The notes beneath the pieces are model-generated. The model was not told where the DNA came from, did not search any database, and worked only from the letters and a program-made list of their open reading frames with translations. From Acidobacteriota bacterium (GTDB taxonomy: Bacteria; Acidobacteriota; Thermoanaerobaculia; Multivoradales; J023), in NCBI GenBank assembly GCA_039194425.1, contig JBCCVZ010000009.1:80997-144996 (forward strand): a stretch of DNA of 64,000 nucleotides. The letters are read 5' to 3'. Of the stretch, positions 30,259-39,014 are shown piece after piece. The translations under genes were made by a program, and so were the position numbers. Each line of letters begins with the position of its first letter. Position 1 is the first letter of the stretch.

Positions 30259-30417
30259 ATGCTAAACTCCGCTCGCAATCGCGTGGAAACCCTGCCCCAG
30301 GTTCCCGTCCAGGCTCTGCTCTCGGCGGGTACCCTCTTCGGCTTCGCCTGGCTACTCCTCCAGAACAAGATTCATCCCTTCGTGATCTACCTCCTTCAGG
30401 TGTACCTGACCTTTTGA
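30259..30417 (+). CDS. 52-aa hydrophobic micro-protein, first ORF of the sigma-54 transcript
   Basis: GAGGAG RBS 6 nt before ATG 30259. MLNSARNRVETLPQVPVQALLSAGTLFGFAWLLLQNKIHPFVIYLLQVYLTF. One or two TM segments. Confidence 0.55.
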   Translation: MLNSARNRVETLPQVPVQALLSAGTLFGFAWLLLQNKIHPFVIYLLQVYLTF

Positions 30418-30457
30418 GCGCGCCGCTCGCTTTGTCGCCAGGCCGCGAGATCGGACC

Positions 30458-30874
30458 ATGCAGCAGGTGACCCTGACGCTTCCGATGATTCCGAATATGG
30501 AGCTGACCGCCAGTACGACGGCCGGCGCTCTGGGGGAACACATCGGAATGGCCCAGGACAAGGTCGAGGAAGTCCAGATGGCGGTCGTCGAGGCGTGCAT
30601 CAACGCCTTCGAGCACTCCCGATCGAAGGTCCGAGAGGTCCAGGTGCAGCTGCTGGTTCTGGGTGCCGACGAGGATCCCGAGGGGCTCGAGATCACCGTC
30701 GCCGACGACGGCATCGGATTCGATCCGGCGGATGTCGCGGAGAGGAAGGACGGCACGGAGCTGGCCAAGCTGAAGCGCGGGCACGGTCTGAAAATCATCC
30801 GCAGTCTGATGGACGAAGTGACGATCCGGTCGAGCGCCACGGGCACCCGGGTGACGATGAGGAAGCTGCGTTGA
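30458..30874 (+). CDS. RsbW/SpoIIAB-like anti-sigma-type serine kinase (HATPase_c_2)
   Basis: N-box VVEACINAFEH, G1 DDGIGFD, G2 GHGLKIIRSLMDE. 138 aa, a typical size. Confidence 0.85.
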   Translation: MQQVTLTLPMIPNMELTASTTAGALGEHIGMAQDKVEEVQMAVVEACINAFEHSRSKVREVQVQLLVLGADEDPEGLEITVADDGIGFDPADVAERKDGTELAKLKRGHGLKIIRSLMDEVTIRSSATGTRVTMRKLR

Positions 30875-30901
30875 CCTGTGGGCGCGGCGCTGGAGCGAGC
30901 G

Positions 30902-31252
30902 ATGACTGAGAGCTTGAAGCTCACCGTCGACGAAGAGCGCGGCGATCTGGTCGTGATCTACACCGAGGGCTACATCAACAACCAGGGCGGCGAAGAAATC
31001 GCCAACGTCGCCTATGAGCTGATCGAGAAAGGTCACACGACGCTGCTGCTGAATCTGGCGCAGACCAAGATCGTGAATTCGATCGGCATCTCGATTCTGA
31101 TCGAGATCATCGAGAGGATGCTTCTGATCGACGGCAAGCTCGCCTTCTGCTGCCTGACGCCGACGATCGAGAAGACCTTCAACATCATGGGCCTGGCACA
31201 GTACGCGGGCATGTACAGCGACGAAGAGACCGCGATCGAAGCGCTGACCTGA
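30902..31252 (+). CDS. STAS-domain anti-anti-sigma factor (RsbV/SpoIIAA-like)
   Basis: MTESLKLTVDEERGDLVVIYTEGYIN..., LLLNLAQTKIVNSIGISILIE (phosphorylatable Ser context), TFNIMGL. An alternative GTG start at 30878 is in frame. Confidence 0.85.
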   Translation: MTESLKLTVDEERGDLVVIYTEGYINNQGGEEIANVAYELIEKGHTTLLLNLAQTKIVNSIGISILIEIIERMLLIDGKLAFCCLTPTIEKTFNIMGLAQYAGMYSDEETAIEALT

Positions 31253-31268
31253 GGCTCCCGTCAGGCTC

Positions 31269-32957
31269 ATGGCCACCGACCCCGCATCCCCGTCGTCCGC
31301 AGCCAGTCACCGCGACTCCGTCGCGACCGATCCGTCGATCTGGGCCGACCTGCTCGAGCCGTCGCGCCGGCAGCGCGACGACCGCCAGGTGATCGCGCGC
31401 ATGCTCCACGGCTGGGCGGCGACCCACGGAGTCGACGCCGCAGGCCTCTACGTCCGCGGCGCGGTGGCGGGCGCCGAGCCCGAGCTCGGTCTGCTCGCGA
31501 CGACCGGGCCCCTCGACGACACCTCGATCGAGACTGTCGCGCTGCCCGAGACGCTCGACGAACGCACCGACGGCGAGCCCCAGGGCGCGCTCCGGCACCT
31601 GGCGTTGCCCGGCGCGATGCTCGTCGCCTCCGGGAGCGGCACGCTCGACTCCACCGATCCGACGCTGCTGCTGCTCGCCGCCGCCGGTCGGATCGCGGTG
31701 CTCAAGAAAGAGGTACAGACGCACAGTTTCCAGGCGATGTTCCGCGGCGTCGAGCTCGAGGTGCTGTACGAGGTCGGGCTGGTGATCGCTTCCACGCTCG
31801 ACCTCGAAGCGCTCGGCATCGAGGTGCTGGCACGCGCCGTCTCCCTGCTCGATGCCCGTCGCGGCGCGCTCTACCTGAGCGAGGACGGTGCGGCGGCCGA
31901 TCAGGGTGAGTTCCACCTCGTGAGCTCGCTCGGTGGCGACGCGCGCGACGAGATCGACCTCGGCGGCATCGACATGGAGGCGCTCGAAGCCGGCCTGGGC
32001 GACGGCGGCGCCGGGCTGCTGCCGGGAAGCAAGCATCTGCTCGGAGCGCGAATCGACGCCGAGGGCGCGACACGCGGCCTGCTGGTAGTCAGCGACAAGG
32101 AGCGCCGCACCGGCGTCGGCCCCTTCGCTTCCGACGATCGCCGAACGCTCGCGCTCTTCGCCAGTCAGGCGGCAATCGCACTCGAGAACGCCCGCCTGCA
32201 TCGCTATGCGCTCGAGACCGAGCGCCTCGAGCGTGAGATGGAGCTGGCCTCGGAGATCCAGCGTCAGCTGCTGCCCGACTCGATGCCGTCGATGACGGGC
32301 TACGAGATCCTTGGCTGGAACCGCTCGGCGCGGCACGTCGGCGGCGACTACTTCGGCTTTCATCGTCTCGACGACGGTCGCTGGAGCCTCGTGGTCGGCG
32401 ACGTCAGCGGCAAGGGCGTGCCAGCGGCGCTGCTGGTCTCGACGCTGCACTCGGCGCTCAGCGTCTTGCTCGAGCTGAGCGACGTCGGCGCACAGCTGGT
32501 CGAGCGCCTGAACCGCCACGTCTGCGACTCGTCGAGCGCCAACAAGTTCATCACTATGATCCTCGCCGTGCTCGAGCCGTCGACCGGCCGGCTCACCTAC
32601 CTCAACGCCGGCCACAATCCGGGTCTGGTCCTCAGGCAGGCGGGCGGAATCGACCATCTGCCCGCCGGCGGCATGCCGATCGGCCTGATGCCCACGGCGC
32701 GCTACGAGGGCAGCGCGCTCGAGCTCGAGGCAGGCGACCTGCTCTGCCTGTACAGCGACGGCATCACCGAGTGCGCCGCGCGCGACGACGAGGAGTACGG
32801 CCTCGAGCGCCTCGAGGCCCTGCTCACGCGCCTGCGCGACGAGCCGCTCGACGCGATCCTGACGCGCATCGACGAGGCGATGCTCACCTTCGCCGACGGT
32901 CAGCAGCAGGGCGACGATCAGACCGTCGTGCTCGTCCGCCGCACCAGCGACGACTAG
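31269..32957 (+). CDS. GAF-domain PP2C (SpoIIE/RsbU-type) serine phosphatase
   Basis: Two GAF-like regions, then EMELASEIQRQLLP, SARHVGGDYFGF, VVGDVSGKGVPAALL, LLCLYSDGITE, DDQTVVLVRR, which are canonical SpoIIE-type PPM motifs. Confidence 0.85.
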   Translation: MATDPASPSSAASHRDSVATDPSIWADLLEPSRRQRDDRQVIARMLHGWAATHGVDAAGLYVRGAVAGAEPELGLLATTGPLDDTSIETVALPETLDERTDGEPQGALRHLALPGAMLVASGSGTLDSTDPTLLLLAAAGRIAVLKKEVQTHSFQAMFRGVELEVLYEVGLVIASTLDLEALGIEVLARAVSLLDARRGALYLSEDGAAADQGEFHLVSSLGGDARDEIDLGGIDMEALEAGLGDGGAGLLPGSKHLLGARIDAEGATRGLLVVSDKERRTGVGPFASDDRRTLALFASQAAIALENARLHRYALETERLEREMELASEIQRQLLPDSMPSMTGYEILGWNRSARHVGGDYFGFHRLDDGRWSLVVGDVSGKGVPAALLVSTLHSALSVLLELSDVGAQLVERLNRHVCDSSSANKFITMILAVLEPSTGRLTYLNAGHNPGLVLRQAGGIDHLPAGGMPIGLMPTARYEGSALELEAGDLLCLYSDGITECAARDDEEYGLERLEALLTRLRDEPLDAILTRIDEAMLTFADGQQQGDDQTVVLVRRTSDD

Positions 32958-32976
32958 CCCGATCCCTCCCGAGCTC

Positions 32977-33002
32977 GAGCCAGGGATTGCGATCCCTGGC
33001 TC
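32977..33002. terminator. perfect 11-bp hairpin between convergent genes (no U-tract)
   Basis: GAGCCAGGGAT-tgcg-ATCCCTGGCTC. Lies 20 nt after the phosphatase stop. Confidence 0.45.
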
Positions 33003-33086
33003 ATGGCGTCTTCCCTGCGGGACACGGAAGGACACCCCGTCCCGTCGGGACGAACGATGCGAGCCCGGGTTCATCCCCGGGTGTGT

Positions 33087-34460
33087 CTACGGCGCGACGC
33101 GCAGGCCTGTGACGCTCTCGAGCAGGAGAGCCGGGGCGGCGACGGCGCCGAGCGGGGTCGACGGAACGACACGCACCGCGCTGTCGGCGCCGACGGCGCG
33201 CAGCCGGGCCAGGGCGCCGAGCAGGCTCTGCTGCCAGCGCAGGTCGGGGACCGGAGCGCCCAACCGACCGTTCTCGATCCGGCGCACACCGCGCGCGGTG
33301 GTGCGCAGCGTGAGCGTGCTCGGCTCGACGCACTCGGGCGGCTCGAGCCAGCCGATCCACAGGCCGGTGCCGGCGCGCTCGAGGAGCTCTGGCCACGAGG
33401 CGTCGCCCGGCTCGAGGAAGAGATTGCCGAAGAGCGCGTCGGTGCCGCCGACGGAGTGCGCGGTCGCCGCCAGTCCGGCTTGCGTACTCTGCAGCTTGTC
33501 GAGCGCCGGCGTCGACGGCCTGCCGTCGACGATCAGCTCGATCGGTTCCTTCGCCGAGCCCTCGAGATCGAACGGGAAGGGCAGACCGGACGCGCGGGTG
33601 GCGTCGTCGACCAGGTGGAGCGACCGATCGAAGACCTGGACGTTGCGGTGCCGCGCGAGAAACGACGTGCCGTCGAGATAGGCGCGCCCGGCGAAGGCGA
33701 AGACGTTGAGCACGTCGAGCAGCACGGCGACCGCTTCGGGTGCGAGCAAGACGACATGCTCGCCGTCGGTGTCGAGCGTGTTCGGGGCGGACGAGTCGGC
33801 GGAGCGCTCCCGCGCCCGCTCGACGAGAGACGGCGGTGAGAGGTCGTCGAGACGGCGGGCCGACGCGGTGGCGAAGCCGCACCCGACCCCCGCTCCACAG
33901 CGCACCTGCAGGCTCGCCTCCGTGGTGCTGGTGCGGCGGCGCACACCGTGGCTGTTGGCCACGGCGATGCGCGTTTCGGACCAGTCGAGGTGTGCGCTCA
34001 GCGCGTCGTCCTCTCCCCGCGCGTCGCGCAGCAGGGCGCGCGCGCTCTCGACGTCGAGCGCCGCGATCCCAGGATCGTGGAGCCGCGGGCCGTCCGCGCC
34101 GCGGCGACGCGTCCCCGTCGGCAACACCGGGCGCTGGCCGAGCGCTGGCCGCGCAGTGGCGACGGCGAGGGCCTGACGCACACCGCTCTCGAGCTCGTTG
34201 GCGTCGCCGACGTGAGTGCGATGCCAGCCCAGGCGCCCGCCCTGGACGACGCGCACCAGCACCGAAAGAAGCGGTCGATCGGGAAACGCATCGTCGCCGC
34301 CGGTGCGGTCGTGCAGCGGCGGCGCCCACTGCGGGCCGACCGACGCGGCGCCGTAGCGTCGCTCGAACCAGACGAGCTCGGTCTCGTCGGCGACCGAGGA
34401 GTCGAGCACCTGGCGGAACACGTCGGCGATCCGGTCGAAGTCGGTGAAGGCGCTCGCCAT
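33087..34460 (-). CDS. TldD/PmbA family metalloprotease-like protein
   Basis: ATG 34460 (MASAFTDFDRIADVFRQVLD...). Family-like segments SHGVRRRTSTTEASL, SFLARHRN, PFPFDLEG, LWIGWLE, TARGVRRIENGRL. Track start 34508 is an alternative. Confidence 0.75.
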   Translation of the reverse strand: MASAFTDFDRIADVFRQVLDSSVADETELVWFERRYGAASVGPQWAPPLHDRTGGDDAFPDRPLLSVLVRVVQGGRLGWHRTHVGDANELESGVRQALAVATARPALGQRPVLPTGTRRRGADGPRLHDPGIAALDVESARALLRDARGEDDALSAHLDWSETRIAVANSHGVRRRTSTTEASLQVRCGAGVGCGFATASARRLDDLSPPSLVERARERSADSSAPNTLDTDGEHVVLLAPEAVAVLLDVLNVFAFAGRAYLDGTSFLARHRNVQVFDRSLHLVDDATRASGLPFPFDLEGSAKEPIELIVDGRPSTPALDKLQSTQAGLAATAHSVGGTDALFGNLFLEPGDASWPELLERAGTGLWIGWLEPPECVEPSTLTLRTTARGVRRIENGRLGAPVPDLRWQQSLLGALARLRAVGADSAVRVVPSTPLGAVAAPALLLESVTGLRVAP

Positions 34461-34635
34461 GACGTCGAGCAGCTTATCCCACCGCCACCCGCCGACCGCA
34501 CGGGGCAATCGACCGACCGAGTCGTCACATCGTCGACCTGGCGCATCGCTTGCAGACCCCTTTCACTGAGATCGTGTCCGTCCGGGCGCCGCCGCTGCGG
34601 CGGCCACCTCGGAGACGATAGACTCGGGATCCGCG

Positions 34636-35445
34636 ATGAGACCTTGCATGCTTTCGACACCCTGCTCCGCCCCGGCCGCGTCCCCTGCGACGGACGGCCG
34701 GTGTCGTCGTGGGAGGTCGCTCGGGCTCGTTCTGCTCACCCTCGCCCTGTGCCTGGTCGGGTTCGAGGCGCCGCCGAGCGCGGCGCAGACCGGCGACACC
34801 TTCGGCGCCCAGCGCCTCGACATGGTGGAAAGCCAGGTGCGCCGGCGCGGCGTCACTCAGCCTTCGCTGCTGGAGGCGATGCAGCTCGTGCCGCGCCACC
34901 GCTTCGTCCCCGAGACGCTGGAGCGCGAGGCGTACACCGACCGCCCGGTGCCGATCGCGCCGGGGCAAACTCTGTCGCAGGCCTACGTCTCGGCGCGCAT
35001 GATCTCGCTGCTCGATCTCGACGGTGACGAAAAGGTGCTCGAGATCGGCACCGGCTCGGGCTACGACGCAGCGCTGTTGTCGCGTATCGCCGACGAGGTC
35101 TACACCATCGAGATCGACGAGGATCTTGCGAAGGAAGCCCGCGGCACGCTGCGCGAGCTCGGTTACGACAACGTCCGCGTGCAGGCGGGCGACGGGTATC
35201 GCGGCTGGCCGTCCGAAGCACCGTTCGACGCCATCCTGATGACCACCGCGCCGCCGCGCATTCCCGAGCCGCTCTTCGACCAGCTGGCCCCCGGCGGCAA
35301 GATGGTGATCGCCGTCGGGTACTCGCTGCACCAGGACCTCCAGGTGGTGACGAAGTCGCGCGAGGGCGATCGCGAGGTGCGTCGCGTGAGCCTGGTGAGT
35401 CTGACGCCGATGACCGGCGAAGTGCAGCAAGACCGCGACGACTGA
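34636..35445 (+). CDS. pcm: protein-L-isoaspartate O-methyltransferase, apparently exported
   Basis: VLEIGTGSGYDAALLS (SAM motif I), EIDEDLA, GDGYRGWPSEAPFDAILMTTAPPRIPEPLFDQLAPGGKMV. N-terminal hydrophobic signal-like segment LGLVLLTLALCLVGF. Confidence 0.85.
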   Translation: MRPCMLSTPCSAPAASPATDGRCRRGRSLGLVLLTLALCLVGFEAPPSAAQTGDTFGAQRLDMVESQVRRRGVTQPSLLEAMQLVPRHRFVPETLEREAYTDRPVPIAPGQTLSQAYVSARMISLLDLDGDEKVLEIGTGSGYDAALLSRIADEVYTIEIDEDLAKEARGTLRELGYDNVRVQAGDGYRGWPSEAPFDAILMTTAPPRIPEPLFDQLAPGGKMVIAVGYSLHQDLQVVTKSREGDREVRRVSLVSLTPMTGEVQQDRDD

Positions 35446-35492
35446 CGGTCGGCCGACGCCGACAGCCTGCTATTCTGCGCTGCGAGGACACC

Positions 35493-36287
35493 GTGGAATC
35501 CAGCAGCTCATCGACGCGTCGCGAACCTGCAGCGGCGGCGCCTGCGCAGGCCGAGCCGACCGGAGGGGACGAGCTCGGGGCTGTTCTCGAGTCAGACGCT
35601 GTTCTGGGGCTCGACGCTGTTCTTGGGCTAGACAATGTCCGCCTCGACCTGCCACTGGCCGGCATCGGCAGCCGTGGTCTCGCGTTCACGCTCGACTTCC
35701 TGCTCCTCGGCCTGCTGATGGTGCTCTGGCTGCTCTTCGCGTTCGGCGTGCTGTCGACCTTCCTCGGCGCGGGCTGGACGACGGCGATCGCCGCGCTCGG
35801 CGCCTTCGCCGTGCAGTGGGGGTACTTCGCTGTCGCCGAGATCACCATGGACGGACGCACGCCGGGCAAAAGCGCTCTCGGCCTGCGCACGGTGTCGCAT
35901 CTCGGCGGCCAGGCCTCGGCCGGCGCACTCATCCTGCGCAACCTGCTGCGCTCGGTCGATGTGTTGATCGGTCTGCCGATGATGGCGATCGATCGCCGTC
36001 ACCGGCGCCTCGGCGACGTCCTCGCCTCGACGCTCGTCGTCCACCACCGGGCGCACGAGCCGACTCCGTCGATCGGCCACATACCGACCAGCTGGGGTGC
36101 GCGTGAGGTCGCGGTGGTCGAGGCCTTTCTCCGCCGCGCGCCGCGCATGGATCCAGCACGGGCCGAGGAGCTCGCGTCGACGCTCGTCGACTGGCTGGTC
36201 CGGCGTGAGCCCGAGCTGGCGGCGGCAGCGAAGGCAGGCACCGCGCTCGAGCGCCTCCAGGCGCTCGTGAGTGTGGAGGTCCGCTGA
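35493..36287 (+). CDS. RDD family membrane protein
   Basis: GIGSRGLAFTLDFLLLGLLMV, GRTPGKSALGLRTV, LRNLLRSVD. GTG start. Confidence 0.8.
   Translation: MESSSSSTRREPAAAAPAQAEPTGGDELGAVLESDAVLGLDAVLGLDNVRLDLPLAGIGSRGLAFTLDFLLLGLLMVLWLLFAFGVLSTFLGAGWTTAIAALGAFAVQWGYFAVAEITMDGRTPGKSALGLRTVSHLGGQASAGALILRNLLRSVDVLIGLPMMAIDRRHRRLGDVLASTLVVHHRAHEPTPSIGHIPTSWGAREVAVVEAFLRRAPRMDPARAEELASTLVDWLVRREPELAAAAKAGTALERLQALVSVEVR
35580..35633. repeat. 18-bp x3 in-frame tandem repeat in the RDD gene 5' region
   Basis: gctgttctcgagtcagac / gctgttctggggctcgac / gctgttcttgggctagac. Encodes AVLESD AVLGLD AVLGLD. Confidence 0.9.
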
Positions 36288-36727
36288 GCGCTCCCTCTCG
36301 TTTCGCCGCGCTGCGTAGCCGGCAGCACACGGGCTCTTCTCAGCGGACGACGATCGAGACTCCGAAGGATCCGTGCCTGGCGGCGAGCCGCCCGCTGAAC
36401 AATGCACCTGGATTGCCTCAGCATGACGGAGTTTCTCCTGCGGAACCGCTATCAGGGCAGTCGACGCTGCAGAACCGTTGTCTGCTACTGATTGGAGGAA
36501 TTCATGCGCCCAGCCCAGACCGCCCATTTCCTCGTCCCGCTCGCGGCCAGAGCAAGGCGCGACCTGGGACACCTACAGCTCGAGGAATGGCATCGCGGTT
36601 TCGGCCTTTCGCGAAGTTTTCGGTGGGTTTCGAGGTCAATGCATTGCACCAGCTCCGGTCGTGAGCTCGAACTTCATCCCCTGCGGTGGGGAGACCCGTG
36701 GCGACAAGCTCTCCAGGGAAGAGCACG

Positions 36728-37168
36728 ATGAACTATCCAGCCGCTGGACGTCCGATCGAGGGGGCCACCGCGAAGGCCGTACCATGCGTTGCCTGCGGTG
36801 CGGACCTGGCCATCGGCCGATGGGATCGCTGGAACGGGTTCCTGGTCGAGTGCTGGAGCTGTCACAAGTTGCACGGCAAAGCGCGCAGCCTGAAAAACGT
36901 GGCGCTGGCCGGCCTCTTCTTCAACATTCTCAGCTTCTGGTTCTTGATGAGGCCGCGAAAGGCTCTTCTCTGGACCGTGGTGTTCGTGGGATTGGTCTTG
37001 GGCGGCGGATTGTTCCTGCCGTCGAAACCGCCGGATTCTCTCCTGCTGCTGCTTGCCGGCACAGCCTTGCTGGGACCCGTCGCCGCAGCGGTCATCGCAG
37101 GCGTGAGTCACCAAACCCGACTGTTGCAACCTGCACCGAACCCTCGAAGTCGGCTAGACTCCATGTAG
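36728..37168 (+). CDS. zinc-ribbon + 3-TM membrane protein (146 aa), lower GC than its neighbours
   Basis: ATG 36728. CVACG...(16 aa)...CWSCH zinc-ribbon pairs, then three hydrophobic helices. The TAG stop (37166-37168) shares its last base with the next gene's GTG. Confidence 0.6.
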   Translation: MNYPAAGRPIEGATAKAVPCVACGADLAIGRWDRWNGFLVECWSCHKLHGKARSLKNVALAGLFFNILSFWFLMRPRKALLWTVVFVGLVLGGGLFLPSKPPDSLLLLLAGTALLGPVAAAVIAGVSHQTRLLQPAPNPRSRLDSM

Positions 37169-38151
37169 TGGACTACACGCGCTTCGTCGCCCTGCGCGGC
37201 CCGATGCACGACGAGCTCGAGGCGCAGCTCGAGCGAGCGCGTCGCCGACCCAACGACCTGTCGTACGACGAACTCGAGACGCTCGCCGTGCGCTACCGCC
37301 AGGTGCTCCACGACCACTCGCTGGCGTCGGCGCGATTCCCCGGTACCGCCGCCGCGGCGCGCCGGCGGCGGCTGGTGCTGGAAGCGACTCACTGGCTTCA
37401 CCGCGACGCCGGCGAGAGGCTACCCAGCCTGCGCCGATTCGTGACCACCGACTTTCCGCGCGCGATGACCGCCGCGGCGCCGGCGATCGGCGTCGCCGCG
37501 GCGCTCTTCGTCGTCTCGGCGCTGCTCGGTTTCGCCGTCGTGGCAGTCGATCCGGCGCTCGCCGGCCTGTTTCTCGGCGAGGAGGCGATCGACGGCCTGC
37601 ACCGCGGCACCCTGTGGACCGACTCGATCTTCGCCGCCGCACCGGCGGCGCTGCTCTCGGGCGCCATCGCGCGCAACAATCTCACCGTCGCGCTCACCGC
37701 CTTCGGCGGCGGCGCCCTCGCCGGGCTCGGCGCGCTCTACGTGGCGTCGCTGAACGGCGTCATGCTCGGCTCCGTGCTGGCTCTGGTCGAGCGATTCGGC
37801 CTGGGCGGCGCGCTGCTCGAGTTCATCGCCGCGCACGGTCCGCTCGAGATCACTCTGATCTTGGTGTCGGCCGGCGCCGGGCTGCATCTCGGCCGTGCCC
37901 TGGTCGCCGCCGACGATCGCCCGCGCGCCGCGGCGCTGCGCGTCGCCGGTCGCGAGGCGCTGCTGGTGCTCTTCGGCAGCCTGCCATGGATCCTGCTCCT
38001 CGGCTTCGTCGAGGGCTTCGTCTCGCCGTCGAACGCGGTCGGCTGGCGCGCCAAGCTGCTGCTCGGCCTGCTGCTCGAGGCGGCATTCGTGCTCTGGGCC
38101 ACGGCTCCATGGCTGCGGGCCCTGCCGAGCGCCGAGGACGGAGCCGCATGA
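37168..38151 (+). CDS. stage II sporulation protein M-like (DUF95) membrane protein
   Basis: In-frame GTG 37168 (ATG 37204 alternative). The first 230 aa of track ORF 36478..38151 were discarded. ARNNLTVALTAFGGGALAGLGALYVASLNGVMLG and EFIAAHGPLEITLILVSAGAGL are SpoIIM/DUF95 hallmarks. Confidence 0.8.
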   Translation: MDYTRFVALRGPMHDELEAQLERARRRPNDLSYDELETLAVRYRQVLHDHSLASARFPGTAAAARRRRLVLEATHWLHRDAGERLPSLRRFVTTDFPRAMTAAAPAIGVAAALFVVSALLGFAVVAVDPALAGLFLGEEAIDGLHRGTLWTDSIFAAAPAALLSGAIARNNLTVALTAFGGGALAGLGALYVASLNGVMLGSVLALVERFGLGGALLEFIAAHGPLEITLILVSAGAGLHLGRALVAADDRPRAAALRVAGREALLVLFGSLPWILLLGFVEGFVSPSNAVGWRAKLLLGLLLEAAFVLWATAPWLRALPSAEDGAA

Positions 38152-39005
38152 GCCGACTCGACCTGATTCCCTTCCGCCAGCTACTCGACCGTCCAGTGGC
38201 ACCGGCGCGGCGCATCTTCGCGCGCGCCGTGTGGCCGGTGGCGGCACCGATCGCGGCGGTCGGCGTCGCCTTCGTGCTCGCGCAATCGAGCCTCATGCAG
38301 GTCTTCCTCGGCGACCTGACGTGGAACCAGATGCTGTTCGGCATGGCCGGCTATGTCGGCGCGCTCTTCGGCCTCGGGCTGGTGGTCTACCTCGGCTACG
38401 CCGCGATGGCGTCCGCCGCGCTCGACGTGCTCCACGGCCGCGACCTGTCGATGCGCCGCGCCTGGGCGTTCGCGCTGCGCCCGTCGGTGGTCGGCACGCT
38501 GATCGTGCTCGGCCTGGTGACGATGCTGTCGCTGCTCTTCTGTATCGTGCCCTTCTTCGTCGTCGTGCCGCTGCTCAGTCTGGTGCTGCCGGTGATGGTC
38601 GTCGAGGGCTCGACCGGCCTGACTGCGCTGCGCCGCAGCGCCGACCTGGTGCGCTGGAATCCCACCGGCCGCTGGCGCGACAGCGGCTTTCTGCAGGCCT
38701 CGGCGATGCTGGTCACCGGTTGGGCGATCCAGTACGGCCTGGCGCTTCTGGTCCAGGGACCCTTCGTCGTCGCACAGCAGGTGTGGATCGCGCGGCGGGC
38801 CGTCGGCGGACAGGCGGTGGATCCGCTGACGCTGGCGCAGGGCAGCCTGTGGATCAACCTGCCGGCGCAGGTTCTCGGGTCGGTCGCGACCGCCACGGCA
38901 TGGCTCTACTGGTCGTTCGCCTTCGGCATGCTGTACCTCGAGATCCGGCGCCGGCGCGAAGCGCAGGACCTCGAGTCGGCGATCGGCCGCCTGGTCGCCG
39001 GCTGA
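38148..39005 (+). CDS. polytopic membrane protein (285 aa), family not recognised
   Basis: ATG 38148 overlaps the preceding stop (ATGA). About 6 TM helices. The first 178 aa of track ORF 37614..39005 were discarded. Confidence 0.7.
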   Translation: MSRLDLIPFRQLLDRPVAPARRIFARAVWPVAAPIAAVGVAFVLAQSSLMQVFLGDLTWNQMLFGMAGYVGALFGLGLVVYLGYAAMASAALDVLHGRDLSMRRAWAFALRPSVVGTLIVLGLVTMLSLLFCIVPFFVVVPLLSLVLPVMVVEGSTGLTALRRSADLVRWNPTGRWRDSGFLQASAMLVTGWAIQYGLALLVQGPFVVAQQVWIARRAVGGQAVDPLTLAQGSLWINLPAQVLGSVATATAWLYWSFAFGMLYLEIRRRREAQDLESAIGRLVAG

Positions 39006-39014
39006 GCTCTTCCG

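Noticed and set aside
33040-33086. Second palindromic element (CCCGGG-ttcatc-CCCGGG) before the PmbA-like stop
   Set aside because: The 6-bp self-complementary GC hexamers are common in this composition, and there is no U-tract. Not enough evidence to call a terminator.
36478-37167. N-terminal 230 aa of track ORF 36478..38151, and the 79-aa ORF 36492..36731
   Set aside because: Odd composition with no motifs. The region overlaps the better-supported Zn-ribbon membrane gene in another frame. The SpoIIM-like homology only starts after the in-frame GTG at 37168.
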